From Candidatus Cloacimonadota bacterium (GTDB taxonomy: Bacteria; Cloacimonadota; Cloacimonadia; JGIOTU-2), in the NCBI GenBank assembly GCA_049903315.1, contig JBNGBT010000006.1, positions 1-64,000 of the forward strand: DNA of 64,000 nucleotides, read 5' to 3'. The stretch's first letter is position 1; each line of letters opens with the position of its first letter. A model generated the notes under the pieces. That model was not told the DNA's origin. It saw nothing but the letters and a program-made list of their open reading frames with translations, and made no database searches. A program made the position numbers and the translations under genes. Below are positions 37,057 to 46,788 of this stretch, in pieces.

Positions 37057-38850
37057 TTATATTCGGAAAAACTTACTGCGCCAATCTTTTACTTTTGCAT
37101 CTTCCTTTATTTTATTGAACCACTGATTATAATTTTGATTGAAGAGTTGATTCTCAACCTGGATTCTCTGGGCATCCTTTTTTTCTTCAAACTTCGTCAT
37201 ATCAGGAGCTTGAAACTCAAGGATCTTGGCAATAAAGAAAGCCTTATTTCCTCTTATGACACCTGTGATTGATCCGGGAGTTTTTAATTCGATCATTTCC
37301 TGAACAAATTTTGCTTCACGACCCACATCCGGGATGGTGCTTGTTTCTGAGATAAGATCAGTAGTTACAAGTTTTAAATCGTTTTCTTTTACCACCTGGT
37401 CAAAATTTTCTGCAGTGAGGACTGGAGCAATTGCATCGGCTTCTTTCTTCTTCATCTTCATCTTTTTTTGCAGCGCAAGTTTATCATAGATTTCTTTTTT
37501 CACATCTTCAAGAGGTTTGAAATGATTTCCAATTTCATATGAAATCTGTGCGATGTAGTAGTCACCCTGGTCGCTGCGATAGGGAGGTGCGATGTCTCCA
37601 ATTTCATTTTTAAAAGCAAAATCAATAAGCATCTGTACTCTGCCTATTCCCTGAATGTAACCTGCAATTGCTGTAAAAGGTTGTGTTTCTTGTATTTCCA
37701 ATGCATGATCTGCTGCAACTACTGCAAAACTATCAATCAGAGCACTTTCATAAAAATTCTGAGCGATCGTTTCAAGGTCTCTGCGCGCATCTGCACCGGG
37801 TTCGACTTTTACAAGGATATGGCTCGCCTTCATCTCTTCAACACCATTCTCATTTGTTCTAATATCTGTGGCTTTAATGACATGCCAGCCGAATTGAGTT
37901 TTTACAGGTTTGCTGATTTCATTGAGTTTTAGGGCAAAGGCAGCATCTTCGAACTCTTTCACCATTTTCCCTTTTTGGAAATAACCAAGGTCTCCACCCT
38001 GAGGGGCAGAAGGACCTTCTGAATATTCTTGTGCGAGTGTGGCAAAGTCATCACCGGAAATCGCATACTCATATATCTTATTGATCTTGTCTTCAGCAGT
38101 TTTTGTGTCTTCGGGACTGGGTTCTAAAGGAATTGTCACATAGTGAAATTTACGTTGAGGGCTCTCGTTATAATTTTCAATATTTTTATTATAATATTCT
38201 GCAACCTCTTCATCGGAGACATACACGGAATCGATCTGATCCGCTCCAAATACAATGATGTCGGCTTTGACTTTTGTCTCTTTTTTTATGAAATCTTCCA
38301 TAACCATCTGTTCGGTTATGATGACATCCGCATTCACAAAACTTCTGAGCTTATCATACTGCAGGAGCTGCTCGTAGTAGTTGGAGAGCCAGTTCCAGTC
38401 AATCTGAGGATTCTGCAACGCCTGTAAATATTTGCTCTTATCAAATTGCCCTTCAGTCTGAAAAGCTTCGTAGGAGGTGATCATTTCAGGCGGTTCATTG
38501 ATCATCTTAGTAGCTACTTCTTTTGGAGATACCTGAATATCAAATTTGCTTATCTGCTTTTCAAGAATGATCCTCTGAACGAGCTGATCCCATGTTTGGT
38601 CATTTAATCTGCGATACATAGCATCGTCGATCTCTTTGCCTTGATTGGCAGGATCCTGCATGTAATTTGTATAGGTGTTTTGTAATAATTTATAATATTC
38701 ATCATATTTTATTTTCTCACCTGCGATTTGCCCCACATAGGGCTTTTCCTGGAAAACGCTGCTGATACCCATTGTTGCCATACCGCCGATGAATACGATC
38801 GCAACGACCCAGATAACAGGACGAGAAATACCACGCATTTTATCTAACAT
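37057..38850 (-). CDS. PpiD/SurA-like membrane-anchored parvulin peptidyl-prolyl isomerase
   Basis: N-terminal TM helix, SurA-like N-domain, parvulin motif FATLAQEYSEGPSAPQGGDLGYF...MVKEFEDAAF...PVKTQFGWHVIK. Confidence 0.88.
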   Translation of the reverse strand: MLDKMRGISRPVIWVVAIVFIGGMATMGISSVFQEKPYVGQIAGEKIKYDEYYKLLQNTYTNYMQDPANQGKEIDDAMYRRLNDQTWDQLVQRIILEKQISKFDIQVSPKEVATKMINEPPEMITSYEAFQTEGQFDKSKYLQALQNPQIDWNWLSNYYEQLLQYDKLRSFVNADVIITEQMVMEDFIKKETKVKADIIVFGADQIDSVYVSDEEVAEYYNKNIENYNESPQRKFHYVTIPLEPSPEDTKTAEDKINKIYEYAISGDDFATLAQEYSEGPSAPQGGDLGYFQKGKMVKEFEDAAFALKLNEISKPVKTQFGWHVIKATDIRTNENGVEEMKASHILVKVEPGADARRDLETIAQNFYESALIDSFAVVAADHALEIQETQPFTAIAGYIQGIGRVQMLIDFAFKNEIGDIAPPYRSDQGDYYIAQISYEIGNHFKPLEDVKKEIYDKLALQKKMKMKKKEADAIAPVLTAENFDQVVKENDLKLVTTDLISETSTIPDVGREAKFVQEMIELKTPGSITGVIRGNKAFFIAKILEFQAPDMTKFEEKKDAQRIQVENQLFNQNYNQWFNKIKEDAKVKDWRSKFFRI

Positions 38851-38987
38851 TCTGATAAACTCCTTAAAGTATATATTAGTGGATAAAATTTTTGGGGCAG
38901 TAAAATTAATGCAAGTTTTTTAACTAATGAGTTTTAAGGGATTAATTTTATTGACACAAACACGATGCATACATCAAACAAAACTCC

Positions 38988-39323
38988 ATGAGTACTGATA
39001 ATGAAATTTTATACCGAATTTTTAAGGATGATGCAGAACGCTCCGGCATGGACATGAAGGACTTCTATCATAAAAGAAGAAATGGCTTATACCCTTTCCG
39101 CACTCCCGAAGGCGAGGTTGTATGGTTGAAAAAAGGTCAATTCCGCATCATGTCTGTCATCAAGCGCACTCATGCCAAACACTCACGGAAAAGTAATGGT
39201 AAAGATAATGAAGGAAAGTCATTTTTTACGCCGGAAATGGTAAGAGCTTTTATCGTAACGGGAAGCGGGATTGTCATTCTCTTCTTTATCGTAAAACTTA
39301 TACAGGTGCTACATATTTTCTAA
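38988..39323 (+). CDS. Hypothetical protein with C-terminal TM helix
   Basis: 111-aa ORF filling an intergenic gap, downstream of TTGACA; hydrophobic C-terminus. Confidence 0.55.
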   Translation: MSTDNEILYRIFKDDAERSGMDMKDFYHKRRNGLYPFRTPEGEVVWLKKGQFRIMSVIKRTHAKHSRKSNGKDNEGKSFFTPEMVRAFIVTGSGIVILFFIVKLIQVLHIF

Positions 39324-39917
39324 CGCTTGTTGTAACTCTTTCTTTTTCTCTGGAATTTCATCTTTTGTTCGTACGAAAATTGGTTTTCCGTATATCATCT
39401 TAACAGGGGAGAAGGGTTTAGGGATCATAAAATTATCCCAGCTATTCAATTGCCACTTTGATTTCATAATAAAGATTCCGGGAATTATCGGCTTGCCGGT
39501 CTTATAAGCAATGAGAAGTGCACCGTCTTTTACGATTTCTTTCGGACCGGTCGGACCATCGGGCGTGATTGCAATATCATATTCTTTTGAGACAGCAACT
39601 GCTTCTTTGAGCGCTTTAATTCCTCCACGACGCGATGAGCCGCGGATAGTGCCGAATCCTAAACCAGTAATGACCCGAGCAATATATTCACCATCCTGAT
39701 GCTGAGAAATAAGCACGTGAACATGCTGGTTTATATGCGTGTATGCCGGGATGAGCATCCTGTTATGCCAAAAAGCATAAATGACCTTTCCGTGTGACTT
39801 TCTTGCAGATACAAGATTATCTTGATCGTATACCTTGATGCGCAGCGTACCTATAAGAAGTTTTATAAGTGACGGACCAAATGTATCAACCAGACTGAGA
39901 AGTTTATTTCGTTTCAT
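39309..39917 (-). CDS. DUF374 lysophospholipid acyltransferase family (LpxJ-like)
   Basis: YAFWHNR, LISQHQDGE, RGSSRRGG, ITPDGPTGP and SWDNFMIPKPF; overlaps the end of lpxB. Confidence 0.88.
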   Translation of the reverse strand: MKRNKLLSLVDTFGPSLIKLLIGTLRIKVYDQDNLVSARKSHGKVIYAFWHNRMLIPAYTHINQHVHVLISQHQDGEYIARVITGLGFGTIRGSSRRGGIKALKEAVAVSKEYDIAITPDGPTGPKEIVKDGALLIAYKTGKPIIPGIFIMKSKWQLNSWDNFMIPKPFSPVKMIYGKPIFVRTKDEIPEKKKELQQALENM

Positions 39918-41043
39918 AAATCATTGAGAGTGCAATGGATGCAACTTTTTCGGACGTGTTAAATGTTCCCAGTTTTTCTTTTATAATGCCGAGTTCGCTT
40001 TTTGTATTCTCATAGTATTTCACATCTTCAAGAAAGAGACGGACTGCTTTTGTGATGTTTTCGGCAGAAGCATCATGTTGAATGAGTTCGGGCACCACTT
40101 TTTTGCCGATCACAATATTTGCCAGAGCGATCATCTTTATCTTGATAAATGCTCGTGCTATCAGATATGAAAGGTGTGATGTTATATATACAACGACCAT
40201 AGGCGTTGCGAGATAAGCTGTTTCCAAAGTGGAAGTTCCAGATTTGCATACGACGATCTTGCTGAATTTCATAAGCGCGTGAGTATCACGAATAATCGTC
40301 ATATCATTTTTTACAGGAGAGATTGTTTTGTTAAACAATTGATCGGACACTGAATCTGCTTGAGAGATGAGAAATTCATAAGTATCTTTATAAAGATTTT
40401 TAAGGTTCATGACTGTATCAACAATTTCAGGAAGAATTCTTTTTATTTCGACATTTCTGCTTCCGGGTATGAATCCGATCCATTCTTTGTCTGTTTTTAA
40501 GGAATATTGCTCAGCAAATTCTTTTCTTGTTTGAGATATCATGATCTCTTCACTTATTGGATGACCCACATATTCGACATCAGCACCAATTTCTTCATAG
40601 AGGTCTTTTTCAAATGGAAATATCACCGCGATCTTATCAGAGTATTCAGCAATTTTATGAATACGTTTCTTTTTCCACGCCCACACCTGCGGGCTGATAT
40701 AATACAGTACGGGTATGCCAAGTGTGTGGCATATCTTTGCCACGCGGATATTCATGCCGGGATAATCAACAAGAATTGCCAGGTCGGGTTTTCGCGCTTT
40801 GAATTCTGATTTAAGTGTGTGAAATACTTTCATAATAAATCCGAGATGTCCGATTACTTCGGCAAAACCTATTATGGAAAATTTTGAAAACGGAAATATG
40901 GATTCAAATCCCTTTTCTTGCATCAACGGACCGCCGATACCCCACATAGTAAGATCAGGCTCTTTTTGTTTGAGCTGTTTTATTACTTCAGCAGCATGGA
41001 CATCTGCGGAAGGCTCACCAACCAGCATGAAAATATTTTTCAT
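39904..41043 (-). CDS. lpxB: Lipid-A-disaccharide synthase
   Basis: GEPSADVH, VDYPGMN, YYISPQVWAW, YVGHP, PGSRNVE and SGTSTLE. Confidence 0.95.
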   Translation of the reverse strand: MKNIFMLVGEPSADVHAAEVIKQLKQKEPDLTMWGIGGPLMQEKGFESIFPFSKFSIIGFAEVIGHLGFIMKVFHTLKSEFKARKPDLAILVDYPGMNIRVAKICHTLGIPVLYYISPQVWAWKKKRIHKIAEYSDKIAVIFPFEKDLYEEIGADVEYVGHPISEEIMISQTRKEFAEQYSLKTDKEWIGFIPGSRNVEIKRILPEIVDTVMNLKNLYKDTYEFLISQADSVSDQLFNKTISPVKNDMTIIRDTHALMKFSKIVVCKSGTSTLETAYLATPMVVVYITSHLSYLIARAFIKIKMIALANIVIGKKVVPELIQHDASAENITKAVRLFLEDVKYYENTKSELGIIKEKLGTFNTSEKVASIALSMIYETK

Positions 41044-41160
41044 AGAAGCAAGACAATAGCGTGACTTTAATCGTCAAGAAAAAGAAAAGGAATAATGCAT
41101 GATTACTTTCCGGAGCACAAAAACTTGACGGTCAAAATATGCCCAAAATAAGTAGCACCA

Positions 41161-41281
41161 TAAATGGAACTGCGAGTTCCTACCTTATGACGCCACGGCT
41201 GTTGATAAGGTGAAAAAAATAATTTCAATAAATATTGAAAGTGAACCGCAGTCGTTCACTTTTTTTATTTGGAGGTGTCAG
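41161..41281 (+). promoter_or_regulatory. Ribosomal protein L20 leader-like structured 5' UTR of infC-rpmI-rplT
   Basis: Hairpin GGAAC-tgcga-GTTCC (41166-80); terminator-like AAAGTGAAC-cgcagtc-GTTCACTTT followed by a T tract (41238-41266); then a GGAGGTG SD. Position upstream of infC fits an L20 leader. Confidence 0.65.
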
Positions 41282-41845
41282 ATCGCAATAAATAGACGGT
41301 TTAAACCCTGGAAACAGCGGGAAAGCTATAAGAACGACAAAAAAATTAATGAAAAAATTACTGCGAGAAAGGTTCGTTTGGTTGGTCCTGATAAGGAAGC
41401 TCTGGGTATCGTTTCGATCCAGGATGCTCTTGATAAAGCCCGAGAATACGGAATGGATCTTGTGGAGATCGCTCCTAATGCGAATCCACCAGTTTGCAAG
41501 ATAATCGATTACAGCAAGCTGCTTTTTGAAGAGTCCAAAAAAGCTCGTGAGGCAAAAAAGAAACAGCATTCCACTCAACTGAAAGAAGTCAAATTCCGCC
41601 CAAGAACTGATGAGCATGATTATAATTTTAAGGTCAAGCACATCAAAGAATTCCTTGAAAAAGGAAATAAGGTCAAAGTTACTATTCAATTCCGCGGAAG
41701 AGAAATGGCTCATAAAGAAATGGGTTGGGAACTGATCAAAAGAATTCAAGAAGAACTCGATGAGTTTGGTGATTTTGAGCAGCAACCAAGAATGGAAGGT
41801 CGTTTCCTGATCGGTTTCGTTTCACCCAAGAAGATCCAAAGCTAG
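41282..41845 (+). CDS. infC: Translation initiation factor IF-3 (non-AUG start)
   Basis: INEKITARKVRLVG, DLVEIAPNANPPVCKIIDY, KEVKFRP and FRGRE. The GGAGG SD at 41271-75 points to ATC at 41282 (ATA at 41288 is an alternative). Confidence 0.95.
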   Translation: MAINRRFKPWKQRESYKNDKKINEKITARKVRLVGPDKEALGIVSIQDALDKAREYGMDLVEIAPNANPPVCKIIDYSKLLFEESKKAREAKKKQHSTQLKEVKFRPRTDEHDYNFKVKHIKEFLEKGNKVKVTIQFRGREMAHKEMGWELIKRIQEELDEFGDFEQQPRMEGRFLIGFVSPKKIQS

Positions 41846-41885
41846 AGAACCAAAGCAGTACAAGTCATAGTAAGGAGTTTTAATA

Positions 41886-42080
41886 ATGCCAAAACTAAAA
41901 ACAAGAAGAGCAGCGGCAAAGCGGTTTAAAAAGACAGCGAATGGTAAGATAAAAAGAAATAAAGCGTATCGCGGTCATTTTATGGAAAAGAAATCATCTG
42001 ATCAAAAATCCAACCTGCGCAAGGGCGGATATGTTGCAAAAGCCGATGAAAAACGTGTGAAGAACATGTTAGCATCATAA
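41886..42080 (+). CDS. rpmI: 50S ribosomal protein L35
   Basis: MPKLKTRRAAAKRFKKTANGKIKR; conserved synteny. Confidence 0.97.
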   Translation: MPKLKTRRAAAKRFKKTANGKIKRNKAYRGHFMEKKSSDQKSNLRKGGYVAKADEKRVKNMLAS

Positions 42081-42104
42081 TATTAAATTTTTCAAGGAGT
42101 TGTT

Positions 42105-42461
42105 ATGGCTAGAGCAAAAAATAAAGTAGCTTCCAGAAACAGAAGAAAGAAAATTCTCAAAGAAGCCAAAGGTTACAGAGGCGGCAGAAAACTCTATCGT
42201 GCTGCACGTGAGGCAGTTGAGAAGGGTTGGCAGTATGCCTATCGCGACAGAAAAGCCCGTAAACGCGAGTTTAGAAGATTGTGGATCATCCGTATCAATG
42301 CCGCAGTGCACGAGCATGGATTGAGTTATAGCCAGTTTATGAACGGTCTTAAAGAGCTTAAGATCGAGATCAACAGAAAAATGTTATCAGAACTTGCGAT
42401 AAATAATCCTGAAGCATTTGAAAAAATTGTTGGTGACGTAAAGAAAAAATTAGGAAAATAA
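42105..42461 (+). CDS. rplT: 50S ribosomal protein L20
   Basis: [32 protein letters not shown] and [10 protein letters not shown]. Confidence 0.98.
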   Translation: MARAKNKVASRNRRKKILKEAKGYRGGRKLYRAAREAVEKGWQYAYRDRKARKREFRRLWIIRINAAVHEHGLSYSQFMNGLKELKIEINRKMLSELAINNPEAFEKIVGDVKKKLGK

Positions 42462-42467
42462 GCTATC

Positions 42468-43484
42468 GTGAAAGAACAAATACACGAGATTTTAGAAGAA
42501 GCGAGAAGTAGTATTCCTTCTTGCGGATCAGATAAAGATCTGGAAGAGCTTCGAATTAAATATCTTGGTAAAAAAAGTTCTCTTTCAGATCTCCTGAGTA
42601 AGATCGGAACTGTGCCCAAAGAGGAGCGTCCAGAGATGGGTGCCCTTCTTAATACAGTTAAGAAAGAAATCGCGCAGCTCATTGAAAACAAAAAAACTGA
42701 CCTTCAAGAAAATGCAGATGCTACAAAAGTTCAGGGCTTAGATGTCACGATTCCGGGAAGACCGCTTCCAATTGGTGCAAAGCATCCTTTGTATCAAATA
42801 TGGGAAGAGATTGAAGATATCTTTATCAATCTGGGTTTTGAGGTTGCAGAAGGTCCGGAAATTGAAAGCGAGTATTACAACTTCGATGCATTGAACACTC
42901 CGAGCTGGCATCCGGCAAGAAATCCTCAGGATACTTTCTATCTCAAAGGCGGCATGCTTCTGCGTACACAAACATCACCCATGCAGATACGCGTGATGGA
43001 GAAATTCAAGCCTCCAATTAAGATTATTTCAACAGGCAGATGTTACCGTGTTGATAAAGTGGACCCTTCGCATTTGCCGGTGTTCCATCAGGTTGAAGCG
43101 CTTATGGTTGACGAAGGCATCACAATGTCCGATCTCAAAGGTGCGCTGGATTCCTTTGTGAAAAGGATTTTCAACGCGGATACCCGTTCTCGTTTTCGCC
43201 CACATTTCTTTCCTTTCACTGAACCGAGTGCAGAAATAGATATTCTCTGCATAAGTTGCAAAGGGAAAGGTTGTAAACTTTGCAAAAATTCCGGCTGGCT
43301 AGAGATGGGCGGCGCTGGTATGGTCGATCCGGCAGTTCTTGAAGAGGTCGGTTATAATCCCGAAAAATATACGGGATATGCATTTGGATTAGGAATGGAA
43401 CGTATTGCGATGCTTCGTTACGGCATCTCGGATATCAGAAAATTAGTGACTAATGATCTGAGAATATTAAGTCAATTCCAATAA
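42468..43484 (+). CDS. pheS: Phenylalanine--tRNA ligase alpha subunit
   Basis: HPARNPQDTF, LRTQTSPMQ, FHQVE, FFPFTEPSAE and AFGLGMERIAM. Confidence 0.98.
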   Translation: MKEQIHEILEEARSSIPSCGSDKDLEELRIKYLGKKSSLSDLLSKIGTVPKEERPEMGALLNTVKKEIAQLIENKKTDLQENADATKVQGLDVTIPGRPLPIGAKHPLYQIWEEIEDIFINLGFEVAEGPEIESEYYNFDALNTPSWHPARNPQDTFYLKGGMLLRTQTSPMQIRVMEKFKPPIKIISTGRCYRVDKVDPSHLPVFHQVEALMVDEGITMSDLKGALDSFVKRIFNADTRSRFRPHFFPFTEPSAEIDILCISCKGKGCKLCKNSGWLEMGGAGMVDPAVLEEVGYNPEKYTGYAFGLGMERIAMLRYGISDIRKLVTNDLRILSQFQ

Positions 43485-43508
43485 GAAAATTTTATCTTAG
43501 AGAATATC

Positions 43509-45911
43509 ATGAAAATAAGTTATAATTGGCTGAAAGAATTAGTTCCTCTACAGTTGGGCATTGACGAGTTTTGTGAGAGACTCACCATGTTTGGACTTGA
43601 AGTAGAAGAGGTCATTCAGCCCGGGAAAGAACTCGAAAATATTGTTATTGGTAAGGTTATTTCTGTCGAACAACATCCCAATGCAGACAAGCTGAGTCTG
43701 TGCCGGGTTGAGGTCGGGGAAGAAAAACCGCTCAGTATTATTTGCGGTGCCCCAAATGTGGTTAAGGACATTCTCGTGCCGGTCGCGAAGATCGGAGCAA
43801 CACTTGGTGACTTCAAAATTAAAAAAGCAAAACTTCGTGGTGTAGAATCTTTTGGCATGATATGCTCGGAAAGTGAATTGGGCATTTCTGATGATCATTC
43901 CGGTATTATGATAATCGAGCAGGACATCAAACCCGGTACGCCTTTTGCAGATGCAATGGGAATGAATGATCAAATAATTGAAGTTGAAGTAACACCGAAC
44001 AGACCCGATCTTCTCGGTATGATCGGAGTAGCGCGTGAAGTCGCAGTTATGCTCGATACAGACTATGAATCCCCTGAAATTACCTTTGAAGAATCTGATA
44101 TTAAAACATCGGATGAGATTTCAGTTATCATTGAAGATGCCGAGAAATGCCCCAGATATTGTGCAAGAATAGTAAAAGGGATTACTGTGCAACCTTCTCC
44201 GGCATGGATGCAGAGAAAATTGATCTCATCAGGTCTTCGTCCTATCAATAATATCGTTGATGTCACAAATTATGTGCTTCTCGAATATGGTCATCCCCTG
44301 CACGCCTTTGATTACACGAAGATAAAAAACCAGACTATTGTTGTCCGAACTGCAAAAGATAAAGAAAAAATGATGCTTCTCGATGATACCGAACTTACAC
44401 TCCATGCCAACAACTTGCTTATCGCTGATAAAAAGCATCCACTTGCACTTGCCGGTATTATGGGAGGACTAGACAGTTCTATAAGTGATACTACGAAGGA
44501 TGTTGTTATCGAATGTGCATATTTTGATCCGAGAAATATTCGTGCATCTGCACTCGAATACGGATTGCAGACAGAATCTTCCTACCGTTTCGAAAGGGGT
44601 ATGGACCCGAATAGTTTGACTGAGATTATTGATAGAGCTGCACAACTTATGCAGCTTACCGGTGGTGGAGCAATATCAAGAGGGATTGTAGATTGCTATC
44701 CTAACAAAATTACTCCTAAGGTCTTACCGCTTCGTGTGTCCCGTGCAAACAGTATTCTTAATGCAAAGATGTCCGCTGACGAGGTAGAAAATTATCTCAC
44801 AAATTTTGAATTCACTACAAAAAAGATAACTCCGGATAGCTTCGAAGTTACTATCCCTACTTTCCGCCCTGATATTGAGCGCGAGATAGACATTATAGAA
44901 GAACTCGCACGCTGTTATGGATATAATAATGTAGAGTCTCATTTCTGGATAAACAAGATTGATAATAAACAGAAAAGATCAGTTGTCCGGCTCGCAAAGA
45001 ATCATCTGATTTCTCTTGGTTTTTTTGAAGTAAATAATATGAGTTTTGCCAGTCCCGATGATCTCGATGCATTAAAAATTCCAAAAGATGATTACAGGCG
45101 AAAACTCGTTGAGCTTGCTAATCCGATGGGTGAACAATTCTCAATAATGAGGTCGACCCTGATACCGGATCTCCTGAGAAATGCAGCCCTGAACATCTCT
45201 TATAAATGTGAGAATTTCAAACTGTTTGAGTTAAATAGAATTTATCTCAAAGAAGATGAAGATGCCTATGTAGAACCCACATATCTAACAGGTGTTATTG
45301 TTGGAGAATTCGAGCCATTCTACTGGAAAGAGAAGCAGAGAGCCACCTCATTTTATGATGTGAAAGGCGTGGTTGAGTCAGTTTTTACAAAGATACATTG
45401 TATGAAAAATATCACATTCAAGATATCACATCAACCATATTATAAATTTGATTCAGCAGCAGATATTTTTCTTGAAGAAAAGAAAATCGGTTCCTGCGGC
45501 ATTATGAATGATGAAGTTTTGCATTTATATGATATCGACACTCCTGTAATGCTTTTTGATATTGATCTTTCAAACATTATCCTTTTATATAATGAAAAGG
45601 CAATCCGCTTTGAAGAGATCGTAAAATATCCTCCGGTACTTCGTGATATTGCAGTAATAGCACCATCTGAAATAGAGGTAGCAACAATTGAGCAATCAAT
45701 TAAATCGGTAGATCCGAATATGATTAAAGATGTTCAGTTGTTCGATGTGTATACAGGTAAGCAGGTAAAGAAGGGATGCAGAAGTCTGGCTTTTAATATT
45801 ACTTTTCAATCCGAAACTTCTACCCTGACAGATAAATATGTGGATAAATTATTTGACAATATTGTCAGTAAATTATCACGTGAGCATCAAATAGAATTGA
45901 GGCAGGAGTGA
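43509..45911 (+). CDS. pheT: Phenylalanine--tRNA ligase beta subunit
   Basis: HPNADKL, CGAPNV, TPNRPDLL, RPINNIVDVTNY, RFERG and a C-terminal anticodon-binding domain. Confidence 0.98.
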   Translation: MKISYNWLKELVPLQLGIDEFCERLTMFGLEVEEVIQPGKELENIVIGKVISVEQHPNADKLSLCRVEVGEEKPLSIICGAPNVVKDILVPVAKIGATLGDFKIKKAKLRGVESFGMICSESELGISDDHSGIMIIEQDIKPGTPFADAMGMNDQIIEVEVTPNRPDLLGMIGVAREVAVMLDTDYESPEITFEESDIKTSDEISVIIEDAEKCPRYCARIVKGITVQPSPAWMQRKLISSGLRPINNIVDVTNYVLLEYGHPLHAFDYTKIKNQTIVVRTAKDKEKMMLLDDTELTLHANNLLIADKKHPLALAGIMGGLDSSISDTTKDVVIECAYFDPRNIRASALEYGLQTESSYRFERGMDPNSLTEIIDRAAQLMQLTGGGAISRGIVDCYPNKITPKVLPLRVSRANSILNAKMSADEVENYLTNFEFTTKKITPDSFEVTIPTFRPDIEREIDIIEELARCYGYNNVESHFWINKIDNKQKRSVVRLAKNHLISLGFFEVNNMSFASPDDLDALKIPKDDYRRKLVELANPMGEQFSIMRSTLIPDLLRNAALNISYKCENFKLFELNRIYLKEDEDAYVEPTYLTGVIVGEFEPFYWKEKQRATSFYDVKGVVESVFTKIHCMKNITFKISHQPYYKFDSAADIFLEEKKIGSCGIMNDEVLHLYDIDTPVMLFDIDLSNIILLYNEKAIRFEEIVKYPPVLRDIAVIAPSEIEVATIEQSIKSVDPNMIKDVQLFDVYTGKQVKKGCRSLAFNITFQSETSTLTDKYVDKLFDNIVSKLSREHQIELRQE

Positions 45912-46273
45912 TGGATACGCATGTGCTTGATTTGATTGAAGAGAAGATTAGAAATCTTATTTCGAAATATAAAATTTTACAGGATAAATACATTCAGGTC
46001 CTGAAAGAAAATGAAAATCTCAATAATAAATATAAAGATCTGTTCTACAATACGGAGAATTCGCAAGAAACCATAGGCGAACTCCAGAACGCTGTGGAGC
46101 GCTACAAAGAGCAGAACCAAGATTTGCAGAATACACTGGCTCAAAAAGAAGAGCGATTACAAAAATTTACAGAACAGGCGACTGAAATCGATTCGAGAGT
46201 TGATTCGATGCTACAGGAAATTGATAGTATAATTGGAGAATCGGAAACGCCGTCTGCTGGAAATGATGATTAG
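45908..46273 (+). CDS. Coiled-coil protein, ZapB-like
   Basis: Heptad-rich 121 aa, located between pheT and zapA in conserved synteny. Confidence 0.6.
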   Translation: MMDTHVLDLIEEKIRNLISKYKILQDKYIQVLKENENLNNKYKDLFYNTENSQETIGELQNAVERYKEQNQDLQNTLAQKEERLQKFTEQATEIDSRVDSMLQEIDSIIGESETPSAGNDD

Positions 46274-46284
46274 ATTCTAAATAT

Positions 46285-46554
46285 ATGAATAATATTTCTG
46301 TCGACATTTTGGGTGATACTTATTCGATCGCAGGAGATGTAGATCCTGATGAGATACGTAAGTATGCTCACTTTTTAGATAAAAAACTTGTTGAACTATC
46401 AGAGGAATATAATCCCCAAAAGCGGTACGATCTTGCAATTTTGTGCGGTCTCAATATAGTCGAAGAAATGTTTAGAAAACAGAAGGAACAAGAGAGATTA
46501 GAAAAATTTGTACAAAGGATTTCCGGGTTATTGAATTCCTTGGACGAAGAGTGA
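46285..46554 (+). CDS. zapA: Cell division protein ZapA
   Basis: VDILGDTYSI...YAHFLDKKL...LAILCGLNIVEE; synteny with pheT, 6S RNA and rny. Confidence 0.85.
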   Translation: MNNISVDILGDTYSIAGDVDPDEIRKYAHFLDKKLVELSEEYNPQKRYDLAILCGLNIVEEMFRKQKEQERLEKFVQRISGLLNSLDEE

Positions 46555-46594
46555 TTTTGTTCTGGTAACTTAATAAATTATCGTTCTTTCCAGT

Positions 46595-46768
46595 AGGCCT
46601 GCCCTGTTCGTGATGGCAATCTTGTTTTGTGCTAAACAGGAACTATAGGGTGTTCAATTGTGTATGGCGTGAATGCCTACATTACAGTAGGACTCGTAAA
46701 GTACATATAGAATTCCCATTATTTAAAAAAATAGTTCAAACTAGTTGTTACACGGCAAGGGCAGGTCT
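46595..46768 (+). ncRNA. ssrS: 6S RNA
   Basis: About 174-nt intergenic segment whose ends pair (AGGCCTGCCCTGTTCGTG with CACGGCAAGGGCAGGTCT). It lies between zapA and rny, the canonical 6S locus. Confidence 0.8.
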
Positions 46769-46788
46769 CATTATGGAAAGGAATAAAG

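Noticed and set aside
41210..41281. N-terminal extension of infC in the ORF track
   Set aside because: It covers the structured leader and SD; the real start is most likely the non-AUG codon at 41282 or 41288.
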